DNA from: Octopus vulgaris
Taxonomy: Eukaryota
NCBI GenBank assembly: GCA_951406725.2
Contig: OX597843.1
Span: 15,500,001 to 15,564,000 of the forward strand
Length of the DNA: 64,000 bases
Reading direction: 5' to 3'
Below the pieces are notes generated by a model. That model was not told the origin of the DNA. It ran no database searches and worked only from the letters and a program-made list of their open reading frames with translations. This document shows positions 1-12,056 of this stretch, one piece after another (position 1 is the stretch's first letter; each line of letters begins with the position of its first letter). The position numbers and the translations under genes were made by a program.

Positions 1-330
1 TACATCATAAGCGGAAAGTGTAAACTATCGAAAGAGCTGTTCTTCACCCCTGCTCCAGAGCGTCGGCTGCAGGGTCACTCCGAAAAGCTCTATCTACGAC
101 GATTTCATCTCAATCGAAGGTGAGGGGCTTTCTCCGTCCGGGTTGCGGATCCGTGGAATAAGCTGCCGGACGAGATAGTGAAGATGCCGACGACCGCTCG
201 GTTCAAAGTCTCTCTTGACCAGAAATAGCCTGAACTCTTTGTATGACCACCCTCCCTGTACATAACGCCCTGTCCCCCTACATGGTCTTGCTTTTGCTTT
301 TTGAGACAAAAAATTAAACTAAACTAAACT
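1..330 (+). mobile_element. 3' end of a decayed CR1/L2-type LINE (ORF2 C-terminus, 3' UTR, short-repeat tail)
   Basis: Frame 1 reads ...RLQGHSEKLYLRRFHLNRR*GAFSVRVADPWNKLPDEIVKMPTTARFKVSLDQK*. This matches the CR1 ORF2 terminal pattern RGHxxKL...FSxRVxxxWNxLPxxxV...FKxxLD. In-frame stops are present, and an (AAACT)n tail lies at ~311-330. Confidence 0.8.
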
Positions 331-539
331 AGTTATACTTTTGTCTGTGGTTCTTCAAGGTGGTTCTTACGCTAGCTCTTACTGCCTGTGCAATCATTCC
401 TTTCTCCTAATTGTTGTTCTCAGGGAGTTGGGTGGGTAGGATCAAGCCACACCAGCGCTCAGTGGTGTATTTATTTACTGCTGAAGTGATGGTGGGTGGT
501 CTAAGAATCTGTGATCTGGCGGGGTAGAATATAAAGTCT

Positions 540-735
540 AAGAATGAGACACGGATCACGCGTGTTGACCTCACTTCACATTTCACAGACAATCTCATTA
601 CATTATACTCCAGCAATATCGATGTCAATAGATGGGTAGAGGGAATCAAGTCCTTAGTGTCCACTACACAACATGTGAAGAACTTGGAGTGACCGAAAAT
701 ACTCATTTTATTGAGGATGTCCTCAGTGCTAACAT
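540..735 (-). mobile_element. Possible decayed Penelope-like RT fragment
   Basis: Frameshifted minus-strand reading ...VVDTKDL / LYPSIDIDIA resembles the DVxxLYPSI RT motif; short and degenerate. Confidence 0.3.
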
Positions 736-736
736 A

Positions 737-3059
737 GAGGAAGAAGAAGAATCAGAAGGAGAATAAGGAGGAGAATAAGAAGGAGAAGAAAAAGAAGAAG
801 AAGAAGAAGAAGAAGAAGAAGAAAGAGAAGAAGAATAAGAAGAAATAGAAGAAGAAAAGAAGAAGAAGAAGAAGAAGAAGAAGAAGAAGACGAAAAGAAG
901 AAGAAGATGAAGAAGAAGAACAAGAAGAGGAAGTAGAGGAGGAGAAAAAGAAGAAGAAGTAGAAGAAGAAGAAGTAGAAGAAGAAGAAGAAGGAGACGAG
1001 GAAAAAGAAGTAGAAGAAGAAGAACAAGAAAGAGAAGAAGAAAAGAAGAAGGAGAAGAAGAAAAGAAGAAGTAGAAGAAGAAGATGAAGAAGAAATAGAA
1101 GAAGAAGAACAAGAAGGAAACAAGAAGAGGAAGTAGAGGAGGAGAAAAAGAAGGAGAAGAAGAAGAAGTAGAAGAAGAAGAAGAAGAAGAAGAAGAAGAA
1201 GGAGACGAAGAAGAAGAAGAAGAAGAAGAAAGGAGAAGAAGAAAATGAAGAAGAAGATGAAGAAAAAGAAGAAGAAGAAGAAGAAGAGGAAGAAAAAGAA
1301 GAAGAAGAAGGAGGAGTAGAAGAGAAACAAGAAGAAGAAGAAGTAGAGAAGAAGAAGCATGAAAAAGAAGAAAGAAATGAAGAAGGAGGTGGAAAAGGAG
1401 AAGAAGGAAGAGAATAAAAAGAAAGAAGACAAGAAGAAGAAGAAGAAGGAGGAGGAGGAGGAGGAGAAGTAGATGAATAAGTAGAAAGTAGAATTAAGTA
1501 AAGAAAAAGCAGAAGAAAAAGGATGAGGATGAGGGGGGAGTGGGAGAGTAAGAATTACAAGAAGAATAAAGAGGAAAAGAAGGAGAAGAAGAAGAAAGTA
1601 GAGAAGAAGAAGAAGAAAGAAGAGAAGAAGAAGTAGGAGTAGTAGAAGAAGAAGAAGAAGAAGAATAGGAAGAAAAAGACGTCGAAGAAAAAGAAGAAAA
1701 GAAGAAGGAGAAGGAGGAAGAGGAGACAAAAGGAGGAAGAGGAGACAAAAGGAGGAAGAGGAGACAAAAGGATGAAGAGGAGAGAAAAGGAGGAGGTGTA
1801 TGAAGGGGAAGTAGAAGTAAAAGAAGTTGAAGAAGGAGGATGTGGAGGAGGAGAAGGAGAATAACAAAAAGAAGATAAGAAGAAGAAAGAGGAGGGAGAG
1901 AGAAGTAGATGAAGAAGTACAAAGTAGAAGAAGAAGAAGAAGAAGAAGAAGAAAAATAAAGATGAAAGAGAAGAATAAGATAAAGAAGGAGGAAGATGGG
2001 GAGGAGAAGTAGAAGGAGAAGAAGAAGAGGAAGAAAAAGAAGGAGAAGAGAAATGAGAAGTACAAGAAGAAGAGGAAGAAGAATAGGTAGAGGAAGAGAA
2101 AGAAGAAGAAGGAAAAAAGATGAATAAGAAGAAGAAAGAAGAGGAGGAAAAAGGAGGAGGAGGGAGAGGAGGAGGTTGAAGGAGCAGAAGAAGTAGGAGA
2201 AGAAGAAAAAGAAAGATGATGATGAGGAGGAGGTGGAAAAGAAGAAGAAGAAGAAGAAGAAGAAGAAGAAGAAGAAGAAGGAGTAGAAGTAGAAAAATAA
2301 AAAGAAGGAGGTAGACAAGGAGAAGTAGAAGAAGAAGGAGGAGGAGCAGAAGAAGAGGGAGAAAAAGTAGATGAAGAAGAAGAAGGAGAAAAAAGGAGGG
2401 AGATGGGGAGGGGTAGGGCGAGAATTACAAGAAGAAAAAGGAGGAGGAGGGGAAGAGAATTACAATAAGAAAATGAAGAATAGACGGAGAAGGAGAAGAG
2501 AAAAGATTAGAAGTAGAAAAGAAGGAGGGGTAGGGGGAGGAGGGAACAAGAAAGATAGAAGAAAAGAAGAAGCAGAAGAAGAAGATGAAGAAGAAGAAGA
2601 AGAAGAAGGAGAGGGTGAAGATAAAGAAGAAGAAGAAGAAGGAGAGGAAGAAGATAAAGAAGAAGAGGAAAAAGAAGGACGAGGAGGAGGAGCATGAGGA
2701 ATGGTGGAGGAAGAAGAAGAAGAAGAAGAAGGACGAGGAGGAGGAGCAGGAGGAATGGTGGAGGAAGAAGAAGAAGAAGAAGAGAAGAAGAAGAAGAAGA
2801 AGAGGAAGAAGATAAAGAAGAAGAGGAAAAAGAAGGACGAGGAGGAGGAGCATGAGGAATGGCGGAGGAAGAAGAAGAAGAAGAAGAAGAAGAAGGACGA
2901 GGAGGAGGAGCAGGAGGAATGGTGGAGGAAGAAGAAAAAGGAGAAGGAGAGGAAGAAGAAGAAAAAGGAGAAGTAGAGGAAGAAGAAGAAAAAGAAGGAC
3001 GAGGAGGAGGAGCAGGAGGAATGGCGGAAGAAGAAGAAGAAGAAGAAGAAGAAGAAGAA

Positions 3060-3091
<32 letters not shown>

Positions 3092-3245
3092 AAAAGAATG
3101 ACGAGGAGGAGGAGCAGGAGGAATGGTGGAGGAAGAAGAAGAAGAAGAAGAAGAAGAAGAAGAAGAAGAAGAAGAAGAAGAAGAAGAAGAAGAAGAAGAA
3201 GAAGAAATGAAGTGGAAATGAAGAGGAGAAGAATATGAAGAGATA
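737..3245. repeat. ~2.5 kb polypurine (GAA/GGA/GTA) cryptically simple tract; intronic to the LRR gene
   Basis: Plus strand is almost entirely A/G. An internal sub-repeat gacgaggaggaggagcaggaggaatggtggagg(aag)n recurs about 7 times at ~2675-3205. Confidence 0.95.
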
Positions 3246-4164
3246 GATCGATAAATCTTGGGCGAGAAACATGGCTGAAAAATCAGGGAATATACGGAAT
3301 CAGAAATCAACAAATTCAAATGCACTCATTCGCATTCTTATATTCATAGTATCAACGACGGAATGCGCTATGCACACTCACATCACACATATTCCCACTC
3401 ACCCTTGTGGAAATATGGTGAGAGAGATTATTTATTTCATATCGCTTCATTGTCACAAGAATATTAGAAAACACACGCTGACAAGAAATATATCAGCTGT
3501 TTCATTGTATCAGGCCAAATATTGCAGCTTACAAGTACAGTAAGTATTTCAGGTTTACAGATAGAATGTATGTGACCATATTATTCGAATATATATTTTC
3601 CGCTTCCACTTCAGTTGCTCTCTTACATAAATAACGTGAAGTGAATGACAAAATTCGAAGTTGAATGATAATATCGAAACACGAAGGAGAATATTGAAAT
3701 AAGAAATGGAGGAGGATGCAAAATATAAAATAAAGGAATAATATAGTCACATTTCACACAGAACTACACTTATATATGAACATACACATATACTTCAGCT
3801 AAAAATATTTGATGCAAACATGTAAACTCACAAACGTTACCATTTCTAATACAAATTCATATCAAAATCATTGAAATTTGGGGAACAAAAATGAGTTATT
3901 GAGATGCGAATTGAAACAAAGCAACTACAATAAAGGAACATTATATTTTTCCTATTATTTCACTTTCTCCCTCAAATTCTCTCTCTTTCTTTCACATTGT
4001 CTCGCTCTCTCATATTCTCTTTGTATCTTCCTAAATCGTGTTCGATCCTCAAATTTGAATTAATTTTGTTTAGTTCAGTCTGAAATTTTATACATTTGTG
4101 AGCTTATATATCAGCATCAATTATTACTTTCGGAAAATAGTATCAAGAAACTGAACGAACTTAC

Positions 4165-4236
4165 AATCCCTTTAAATTTGAAAGCCCCGTGAATGTACCT
4201 TCATTGATGGTTGGAATGCTATTGCTCCAAAGAGCT
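4165..4236 (-). CDS. LRR exon 8 of 8 in transcript order: (L)ALWSNSIPTINEGTFTGLSNLKG(L)
   Basis: 72 nt, cag| acceptor, |gtaagt donor, phase 2-2; fits the extracellular LRR consensus LxLxxNxIxxIxxxxFxGLxxLxxL. Confidence 0.92.
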
Positions 4237-6323
4237 CTGTGGTAGTAAAGAAAGAGTAAAATAGATTATATTGAAAATATTTGTGATACGACATCAAACG
4301 CTGTGACTTCAGAATGAAAGGAAGAAAAGGCAGAAAGATAACGAAGAAGAAAAGGAAGAAGAAGAAGGAGGAGGAGGAGGAGGCGAAGAAGAAGAAAAAG
4401 AAGAAGAAGAATTAGTAGAAGAAGAAAGGAGAAGAAGGAGAAGAAAAAGAAGAGGAAGAAGGAATAGGAGGAAAAAGTAGGAGGAGGATGGTAAAAGGGA
4501 AGAAGTAGTAGCGGAAAAAGTAAAAGAAGAAGAAGGAGGAGGAGGAGGATGACAAGTAGATGAAAAAGTAGAAAGAAGAAGAAGAAGGTAGAGGAGGAAA
4601 AAGGAGGAGGAGGAGAATGATGGGGAAGAATAAGTAGGAGAAGATGAAAAAGAAGAAGAAGATGAAGGAGGAGGGGGATGAGAATAACAAAAAGAAGAAG
4701 AAAGAGGAGTAGGAGGAAAAGGAGAAGAAGAAGAATTAGAAGAAGACGCAGAAGAAGAAGAAGAAAAAGAAGCGGGAGAGGAGGGGGAGGAGGAGAATTA
4801 CAAGAAAAAAAGGAGGAGGAGGGGCGGAGAGGATTGGGAAGAAAGAAAGGAGAGGAAAAAAGAAGTAGAAGAAGGAAGAGGAAAAAGGAGGAGGAAGCAA
4901 TGAAGGGGAAAAGTAGGAGTAGAAGAAAAAAAAGAAGAATAAAAAGAAGGAGGAGGAGGAGTAGTTGAAATAATTGAAAGTAGAAGAGGATGTAGGAGAA
5001 GAAGAAGAAGAAATATGTAGAAGCGAGAGAAGAATAAAAGAATAAGGAGAAGGAGAAGAAAAAGAAGAAGAAGAAGAAGAAGACGAAGAAGGAGAAGAAG
5101 AAGAAGAAAAACGAGCAGGAGAGGAGGGGAGGAGGAGAATTACAAGAAGAAAAATGAGGAGGAGGGGCGGAGTGGAGGGGAGAGAATTTAAAGAAGAAAA
5201 TGAAGAATAAGAAGAAGAAAGAAATTAGAAGAGGAAGAAGGAGTAAGGGGAGTAGAAGTAGAAGAAAAGGAAAAGAAGAGAAGAAGAAGAAGAAGAAGAA
5301 GAAGAAGAAGAAGAAGAAGAAGAAGAAGAAGAAGAAGAAGAAGAAGAAGAAGAAGAAGAAGAAGAAGAAGAAGAAGAAGAAGAAGAAGAAGAAGAAGAGT
5401 GAGGAGAAGAAGAAGAAGACGAAGAAGATACATTGAAAATTATGGCGTTCAAGATGAAACTGAAAATGTTCTTAAAATATCAGGAAATAATTCAAGGAGA
5501 GAACGAAAAATTTTGGGCGAGGAGACATGGCTGAAAAATCAGGGAATATACGGAATCAGAAATCAACATATTCAAATGCACTCATACACATTCTTATATT
5601 CATAGTATCAACGACGGAATGCGGTATGCACACTCACATCACACATATTCCCACTCACCCTTGTGGAAATATGGTGAGAGAGATTATTTATTTCATATCG
5701 CTTCATTGTCACAAGAATATTAGAAAACACACGCTTACAAGAAATATATCAGCAGTTTAATTGTATCAGGCCAAATATTGCAGCTTACAAGTACAGTAAG
5801 TATTTCAGGTTTACAGATAGAATGTATGTGACTATATTTTTTGAATTTATATTTTCCGCTTCCACTTCAGTTGCTCTATTACATAAATAACGGGAAGTGA
5901 ATGACACATTTCACACACAGAACTACACTTATATATGAACATACACATATACTTCAGCTAAAAATATTTGATGCAAACATGTAAACTCACAAACGTTACC
6001 ATTTCTAATACAAATTCATATCAAAATCATTGAAATTTGGGGAACAAAAATGAGTTATTGAGATGCGAATTGAAACAAAGCAACTACAATAAAGGAACAT
6101 TATATTTTTCCTATTATTTCACTTTCACTCTCAAATTCTCTCTCTTTCTTTCACATTGTCTCGCATTCTCATATTCTCTTTGTATATTCCTAAATCGTGT
6201 TCATTCTACACATTTGAATTGATTTTGTTTGGTTCAGTCTGAAATTTTATACAATTGTGAGCTTATATATCAGCATCAATTATTACTTTCGGAAAATAGT
6301 ATCAAGAAACTGAAGGAACTTAC

Positions 6324-6395
6324 AATTGTTTTAAATTTGAAAGCCCCGTAAATGCACCTTCTTTGATGGTTGAAATGTTGTTCCCTCGCAGATCT
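6324..6395 (-). CDS. LRR exon 7: (L)DLRGNNISTIKEGAFTGLSNLKQ(L)
   Basis: 72 nt, tag| acceptor, |gtaagt donor, open frame, LRR consensus. Confidence 0.92.
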
Positions 6396-7584
6396 CTATA
6401 GCAGTAAAGAAAGAGTAAAATAGATTATATGGAAAATATTTGTGATACAACATCAAACACTGTGACTTGAGAATGAAAGGAAGAAAGAGAAGAAAGATAA
6501 CGAAGAAGAAAAGGAAGAAGAAGAAGGAAGAGGAGGAGGCGAAGAAGAATTAGAAGAAGAAAGGAGAAGAGGTAGAAGAAAAGGAAGAGCAAGAAGGAAT
6601 AGGAGGAAAAAGGAGGAGGAGGCTGATAAAAGGGAAGAAGATGTAGGAGAAAAAGTAAAAGAAGAAGAAGGAGGGAGAGGAAGAGGAGGAGGAGGAGGGG
6701 GAGGAGGAGGAGGAAGAAAATAACAAGAAGAAGAAGATAAGAATAAGAAAGACGAGGAAGAAGAGGAGGAGAAGTAGATGAAGAAGTAGAAAGAAGAAAG
6801 GAGAAGAAGAAGAAGAAGAAGAAGAAGAAGAAGAAGAAGAAGAAGAAGAAGACGAAAAAGAAGGAGGATGAGGAGGGGGAGGGGAAGAAGAAGAATTGCA
6901 AGAAGAAGGAAGGGAAGAACAAGAAGAAGAAGACGTAGAAGAAGTTGAAGCAGGAAAAAGAAGATGAAGAAGAAGAAGGAGGAGGAGGAGGAGGAGGAGA
7001 AGGAGAAAGAGAATAACAAAAACAGAAGTTAAGAAGGAGAAGGAGGAGGAGGAGAAGATGTAGAAGAAGAAGAAGAAGAAGGAAGAGGAGGAAAAAGGAG
7101 GAGGAGTAGGAGTAAGAAGGGGAGAATAAGTAGGAGAAGATGAAAAAGAAGAAGATGAAGGAGGAGGAGGATGAGAATAACAAAAAGAAGAATATAAGAA
7201 GAAAGAGGGGTAGGAGGAGAAGTAGATGTAGAAGTAGAAAGAAGAAGAATATAAGAAGAAAAAAAAGAAATAGAAGAATGAGAAGAAGAAAAGAAAAAGA
7301 AGGAGGAGGAGGAAAAGAAGAAGAAGAATTAGAAGAAGAAGCAGAAGAAGAAGAAAAGGAGCAGGGGTGGAAGGGAGGAGGAGAATTACAAGAAGAAAAA
7401 GGAGGAGGAGGGGCGGAGAGGATTGGGTAGAAAAAAGAAGATGAAAAAAGAAGTAGAAGAAGGAAGAGGAAAAAGGAGGAGGAAGAGGATGATAGGGAAA
7501 AAGTAGGTGTAGAAGAAAAAGAATAAGAATAAGAATAAGAAGAAGGAGGAGGAAGGGTAGATGAAGAAGTTGAAAGTAGAAGAA

Positions 7585-7619
<35 letters not shown>

Positions 7620-9096
7620 CGAAGAAGAAGAAGAAGAAGACGGAGAAGAAAAAGAAGAAAAAAGAAAAGGAGCAGGAGAGGCGGGGGAGGAAGAGAATTA
7701 CAAGAAGAAATAGGAGGAGGAGGGGCGGAGTGGAGGGGGAAGAGAATTTAAAGAAGAAAATGAAGAATAATAATAAGAAAAAAATTAGAAGAGGAAGGAG
7801 AAGGAGGACCAGGAGGATGAGGTGAAATAGAAGAAAAAGAAAAGAAGAGAAGAAGAAGAAGAAGATGAAGTAAAAGTGGAAGAAGAAGAAGAAGAAGAAG
7901 AAGAAGAAGAAGAAGAAGAAGAAGAAGAAGAAGAAGAAGGAGGAGGAGGCAGAAGACGAAATGACAAAAAGATGATGAAAAAGGCAGAGAAGGAGAAGTA
8001 GAATAAGAAAAAGAACAAAAAGAAGAAGAAGGAGAAGAAGAAGAAGAAGAAGAAGAAGAAGAAGAAGAAGAAGAAGAAGAAGAAGAAGAAGACGAAGAAG
8101 AAGACACATTGAAAATCATGGTGTTTAAGATGAAACTGAAAATATTTACGAAATATCAGGAAATAATTCAAGGATAGAATGAAAAATTTTGGGCGAAAAG
8201 ACATGGCTGAAAAATCAGGGAATATACGGAATCAGAAATCTACATATTCAAATGCACTCATACACATTCTTATATTCATAGTATCAACGACGGAATGCGC
8301 TATGCACACTCACATCACACATATTCCCACTCACCCTTGTGGAAATATGGTGAGAGAGATTATTTATTTCATATCGCTTCATTGTCACAAGAATATTAGA
8401 AAACACACGCTTACAAGAAATATATCAGCAGTTTAATTGTATCAGGCGAAATATTCCAGCTTACAAGTACAGTAAGTATTTCAGGTTTACAGATAGAATG
8501 TATGTGACTATATTATTCGAATATATATTTTCCGCTTCCACTTCAGTTGCTCTCTTACATAAATAACGTGAAGTGAATGATAAAATTCGAAATTGTGTGA
8601 TAATATCGAAACACGAAGGAGAATATTGAAATAATAAATGGAGGAGGATGTGAAATATAAAATAAAAGAATAATATATTCACGTTTCACACAGAACTACA
8701 CATATATATGAACATACACATATACTTCAGCTAAAAATATTTGATGCAAACATGTAAACTCACAAACGTTACCATTTCTAATACAAATTCATATCAAAAT
8801 CATTGAAATTTGTGGAACAAAACTGAGTTATTGAGATGCGAATTGAAACAAAGCAACTACAATAAAGGAACATTATATTTTTCCTATTATTTCACTTTCT
8901 ACCTCAATTTCTCTCTCTTTCTCTCTTTGTGTCTCGCTTACTTACTCCCTCTTTGTATCTTCCTAAATCGTGTTCATTCTACAAATTCGAATTCATTTTG
9001 TTTGATGGAGTCTGAAATTTTATACAATTGTGAGCTTATATATCAGCATCAATTATTACTTTCGGAAAATAGTATCAAGAAACTGAACGAACTTAC

Positions 9097-9168
9097 AATT
9101 CTTTTAAATTTGAAAGCCCCGTAAATGCACCTTCTTTGATGGTTGCAATGTTGTTCGCTCGCAGATAT
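9097..9168 (-). CDS. LRR exon 6: (L)YLRANNIATIKEGAFTGLSNLKE(L)
   Basis: 72 nt, tag| acceptor, |gtaagt donor, open frame, LRR consensus. Confidence 0.92.
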
Positions 9169-10361
9169 CTATAGCAGTAAAGAAAGAGTAAAATAGATTA
9201 CATGGAAAATATTTGTGATGCGACATCAAACACTGTGACTTGAGAATGAAAGGAAGAAAGAAGAAGAAAGATAACGAAGAAGAAAAGGAAGAAGAAGAAG
9301 GAAGAGGAGGAGGCGAAGAAGAATTAGAAGAAGAAAGGAGAAGAGGTAGAAGAAAAAGAAGAGCAAGAAGGAATAGGAGGAAAAAGGAGGAGGAGGCTGA
9401 TAAAAGGGAAGAAGATGTAGGAGAAAAAGTAAAAGAAGAAGAAGAAGGAAGGGGAGGAGGAGGAAAGAGAATAACAAGAAGAAGAAGATAAGAATAAGAA
9501 AGACGAGGAAGAGGAGGAGGAGAAGTAGATGAAGAAGTAGAAAGAAGAAAGAAGAAGAAGAAGAAGAAGGAGAAGAAGAAGGAGAAGAAGAAGAAGAAGA
9601 AGAAGACGAAAAAGAAGGAGGATGAGGAGGGGGAGGAGGAAGAAGAAGAATTGCAAGAAGAAGGAAGGGAAGAACAAGAAGAAGAAGACGTAGAAGAATT
9701 TGAAGCAGGAAAAAGAAGAAGAAGATGAAGAAGAAGAAGGAGGAGGAGGAGGAGGAGGAGAAGGAGAAAGAGAATAACAAAAACAGAAGTTAAGAAGAAG
9801 GAGGAGGAGGAGAAGATGTAGAAGAAGAAGAAGAAGAAGGAAGAGGAGGAAAAAGGAGGAGGAGTAGGAGTAAGAAGGGGAGAATAAGTAGGAGAAGATG
9901 AAAAAGAAGAAGAAGATGAAGGAGGAGGAGGAGGAGGAGGATGAGAATAACAAAAAGAAGAATATAAGAAGAAAGAGGGGTAGGAGGAGAAGTAGATGTA
10001 GAAGTAGAAAGAAGAAGAAGAATATAAGAAGAAAAAAAAGAAATAGAAGAATGAGAAGAAGAAAAGAAAAAGAAGGAGGAGGAGGAAAAGAAGAAGAAGA
10101 AGAAGAAGAAGAAGAGAAGAAGAAGAAAAAGGAGCAGGAGTGGAAGGGAGGAGGAGAATTACAAGAAGAAAAAGGAGGAGGAGGGGCGGAGAGGATTGGG
10201 TAGAAAAAAGAAGATGAAAAAAAGAAGTAGAAGAAGGAAGAGGAAAAAGGAGGAGGAAGAGGATGATAGGGAAAAAGTAGGTGTAGAAGAAAAAGAATAA
10301 GAATAAGAATAAGAAGAAGGAGGAGGAGGAAGGGTAGATGAAGAAGTTGAAAGTAGAAGAA

Positions 10362-10396
<35 letters not shown>

Positions 10397-11984
10397 CGAA
10401 GAAGAAGAAGAAGAAGACGGAGAAGAAAAAGAAGAAAAAAGAAAAAGGAGCAGGAGAGGAGGGGGAGGAAGAGAATTACAAGAAGAAATAGGAGGAGGAG
10501 GGGCGGAGTGGAGGGGGAAGAGAATTTAAAGAAGAAAATGAAGAATAATAATAAGAAAAAAATTAGAAGAGGAAGGAGGAGGAGGACCAGGAGGAGGAGG
10601 AGGAGGACCAGGAGGAGGACGAGGACCAGGAGGAGGAGGAGGACCAGGAGGAGTAGGAGGACCAGGAGGAGGAGGACCAGGAGGAGGAGGAGGACCAGGA
10701 GGAGGAGGAAGACAAGGAGGAGGAAGACCAGGAGGAGGAGGAGGTGAAATAGAAGAAAAGAAGAAAGAAGAAGAAGAAGAAGAAGAAGAAGAAGAAGAAG
10801 AAGAAGAAGAAGAAGGAGGAGGAGGCAGAAGACGAAATGACAAAAAGATGATGAAAAAGGCAGAGAAGGAGAAGTAGAATAAGAAAAAGAACAAGAAGAA
10901 GAAGGAGAAGAAGAAGAAGAAGAAGAAGAAGAAGAAGAAGAAGAAGAAGAAGAAGAAGAAGAAGAAGAAGAAGAAGAAGACGAAGAAGAAGACACATTGA
11001 AAATCATGGTGTTTAAGATGAAACTGAAAATATTTTCGAAATATCAGGAAATAATTCAAGGATAGAATGAAAAATTTTGGGCGAAAAGACATGGCTGAAA
11101 AATCAGGGAATATACGGAATCAGAAATCAACATATTCAAATGCACTCATACGCATTCTTATATTCATAGTATCAACGACGGAATGCGGTATGCACACTCA
11201 CATCACACATATTCCCACTCACCCTTGTGGAAATATGGTGAGAGAGATTATTTATTTCATATCGCTTCATTGTCACAAGAATATTAGAAAACACACGCTT
11301 ACAAGAAATATATCAGCAGTTTAATTGTATCAGGCCAAATATTCCAGCTTACAAGTACAGTAAGTATTTCAGGTTTACAGATAGAATGTATGTGACTATA
11401 TTATTCGAATATATATTTTCCGCTTCCACTTCAGTTGCTCTATTACATAAATAACGTGAAGTGAATGACAAAATTCGAAGTTGTGTGATAATATCGAAAC
11501 ACGAAGGAGAATATTGAAATAAGAAATGGAGGAGGATGTAAAATATAAAATAAAGGAATAATATAGTCACATTTCACACAGAACTACACTTATATATGAA
11601 CATACACATATACTTCAGCTAAAAATATTTGATGCAAACATGTAAACTCACAAACGTTACCATTTCTAATACAAATTCATATCAAAATCATTGAAATTTG
11701 GGGAACAAAAATGAGTTATTGAGATGCGAATTGAAACAAAGCAACTACAATAAAGGAACATTATATTTTTCCTATTATTTCACTTTCTCTCTCAAATTCT
11801 CTCTCTTTCTTTCACATTGTCTCGCTCTCTCATATTCTCTTTGTATATTCCTAAATCGTGTTCATTCTACAAATTTGAATTGATTTTGTTTGGTTCAGTC
11901 TGAAATTTTATACAATTGTGAGCTTATATATCAGCATCAATTATTACTTTCGGAAAATAGTATCAAGAAACTGAACGAACTTAC

Positions 11985-12056
11985 AATTCTTTTAAATTTG
12001 AAAGCCCCGTAAATGCACCTTCTGGGATGGTTGCAATGCTGTTCGCTCCAAGATAT
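11985..12056 (-). CDS. LRR exon 5: (L)YLGANSIATIPEGAFTGLSNLKE(L)
   Basis: 72 nt, tag| acceptor, |gtaagt donor, open frame, LRR consensus. Confidence 0.92.

Noticed and set aside
8179-8436. Repeated 85-aa plus-strand ORF MKNFGRKDMAEKSGN... and the 61-aa MGNKNELL... ORF in each unit
   Set aside because: Conservation simply mirrors unit identity; the copy at 16671 is frameshifted; the second ORF starts at TTG; no domain recognised.
10575-10745. GPPPP collagen/extensin-like repeats on the minus strand
   Set aside because: A (GGA)nCCA expansion within the purine tract, with variable copy number and no splice signals.
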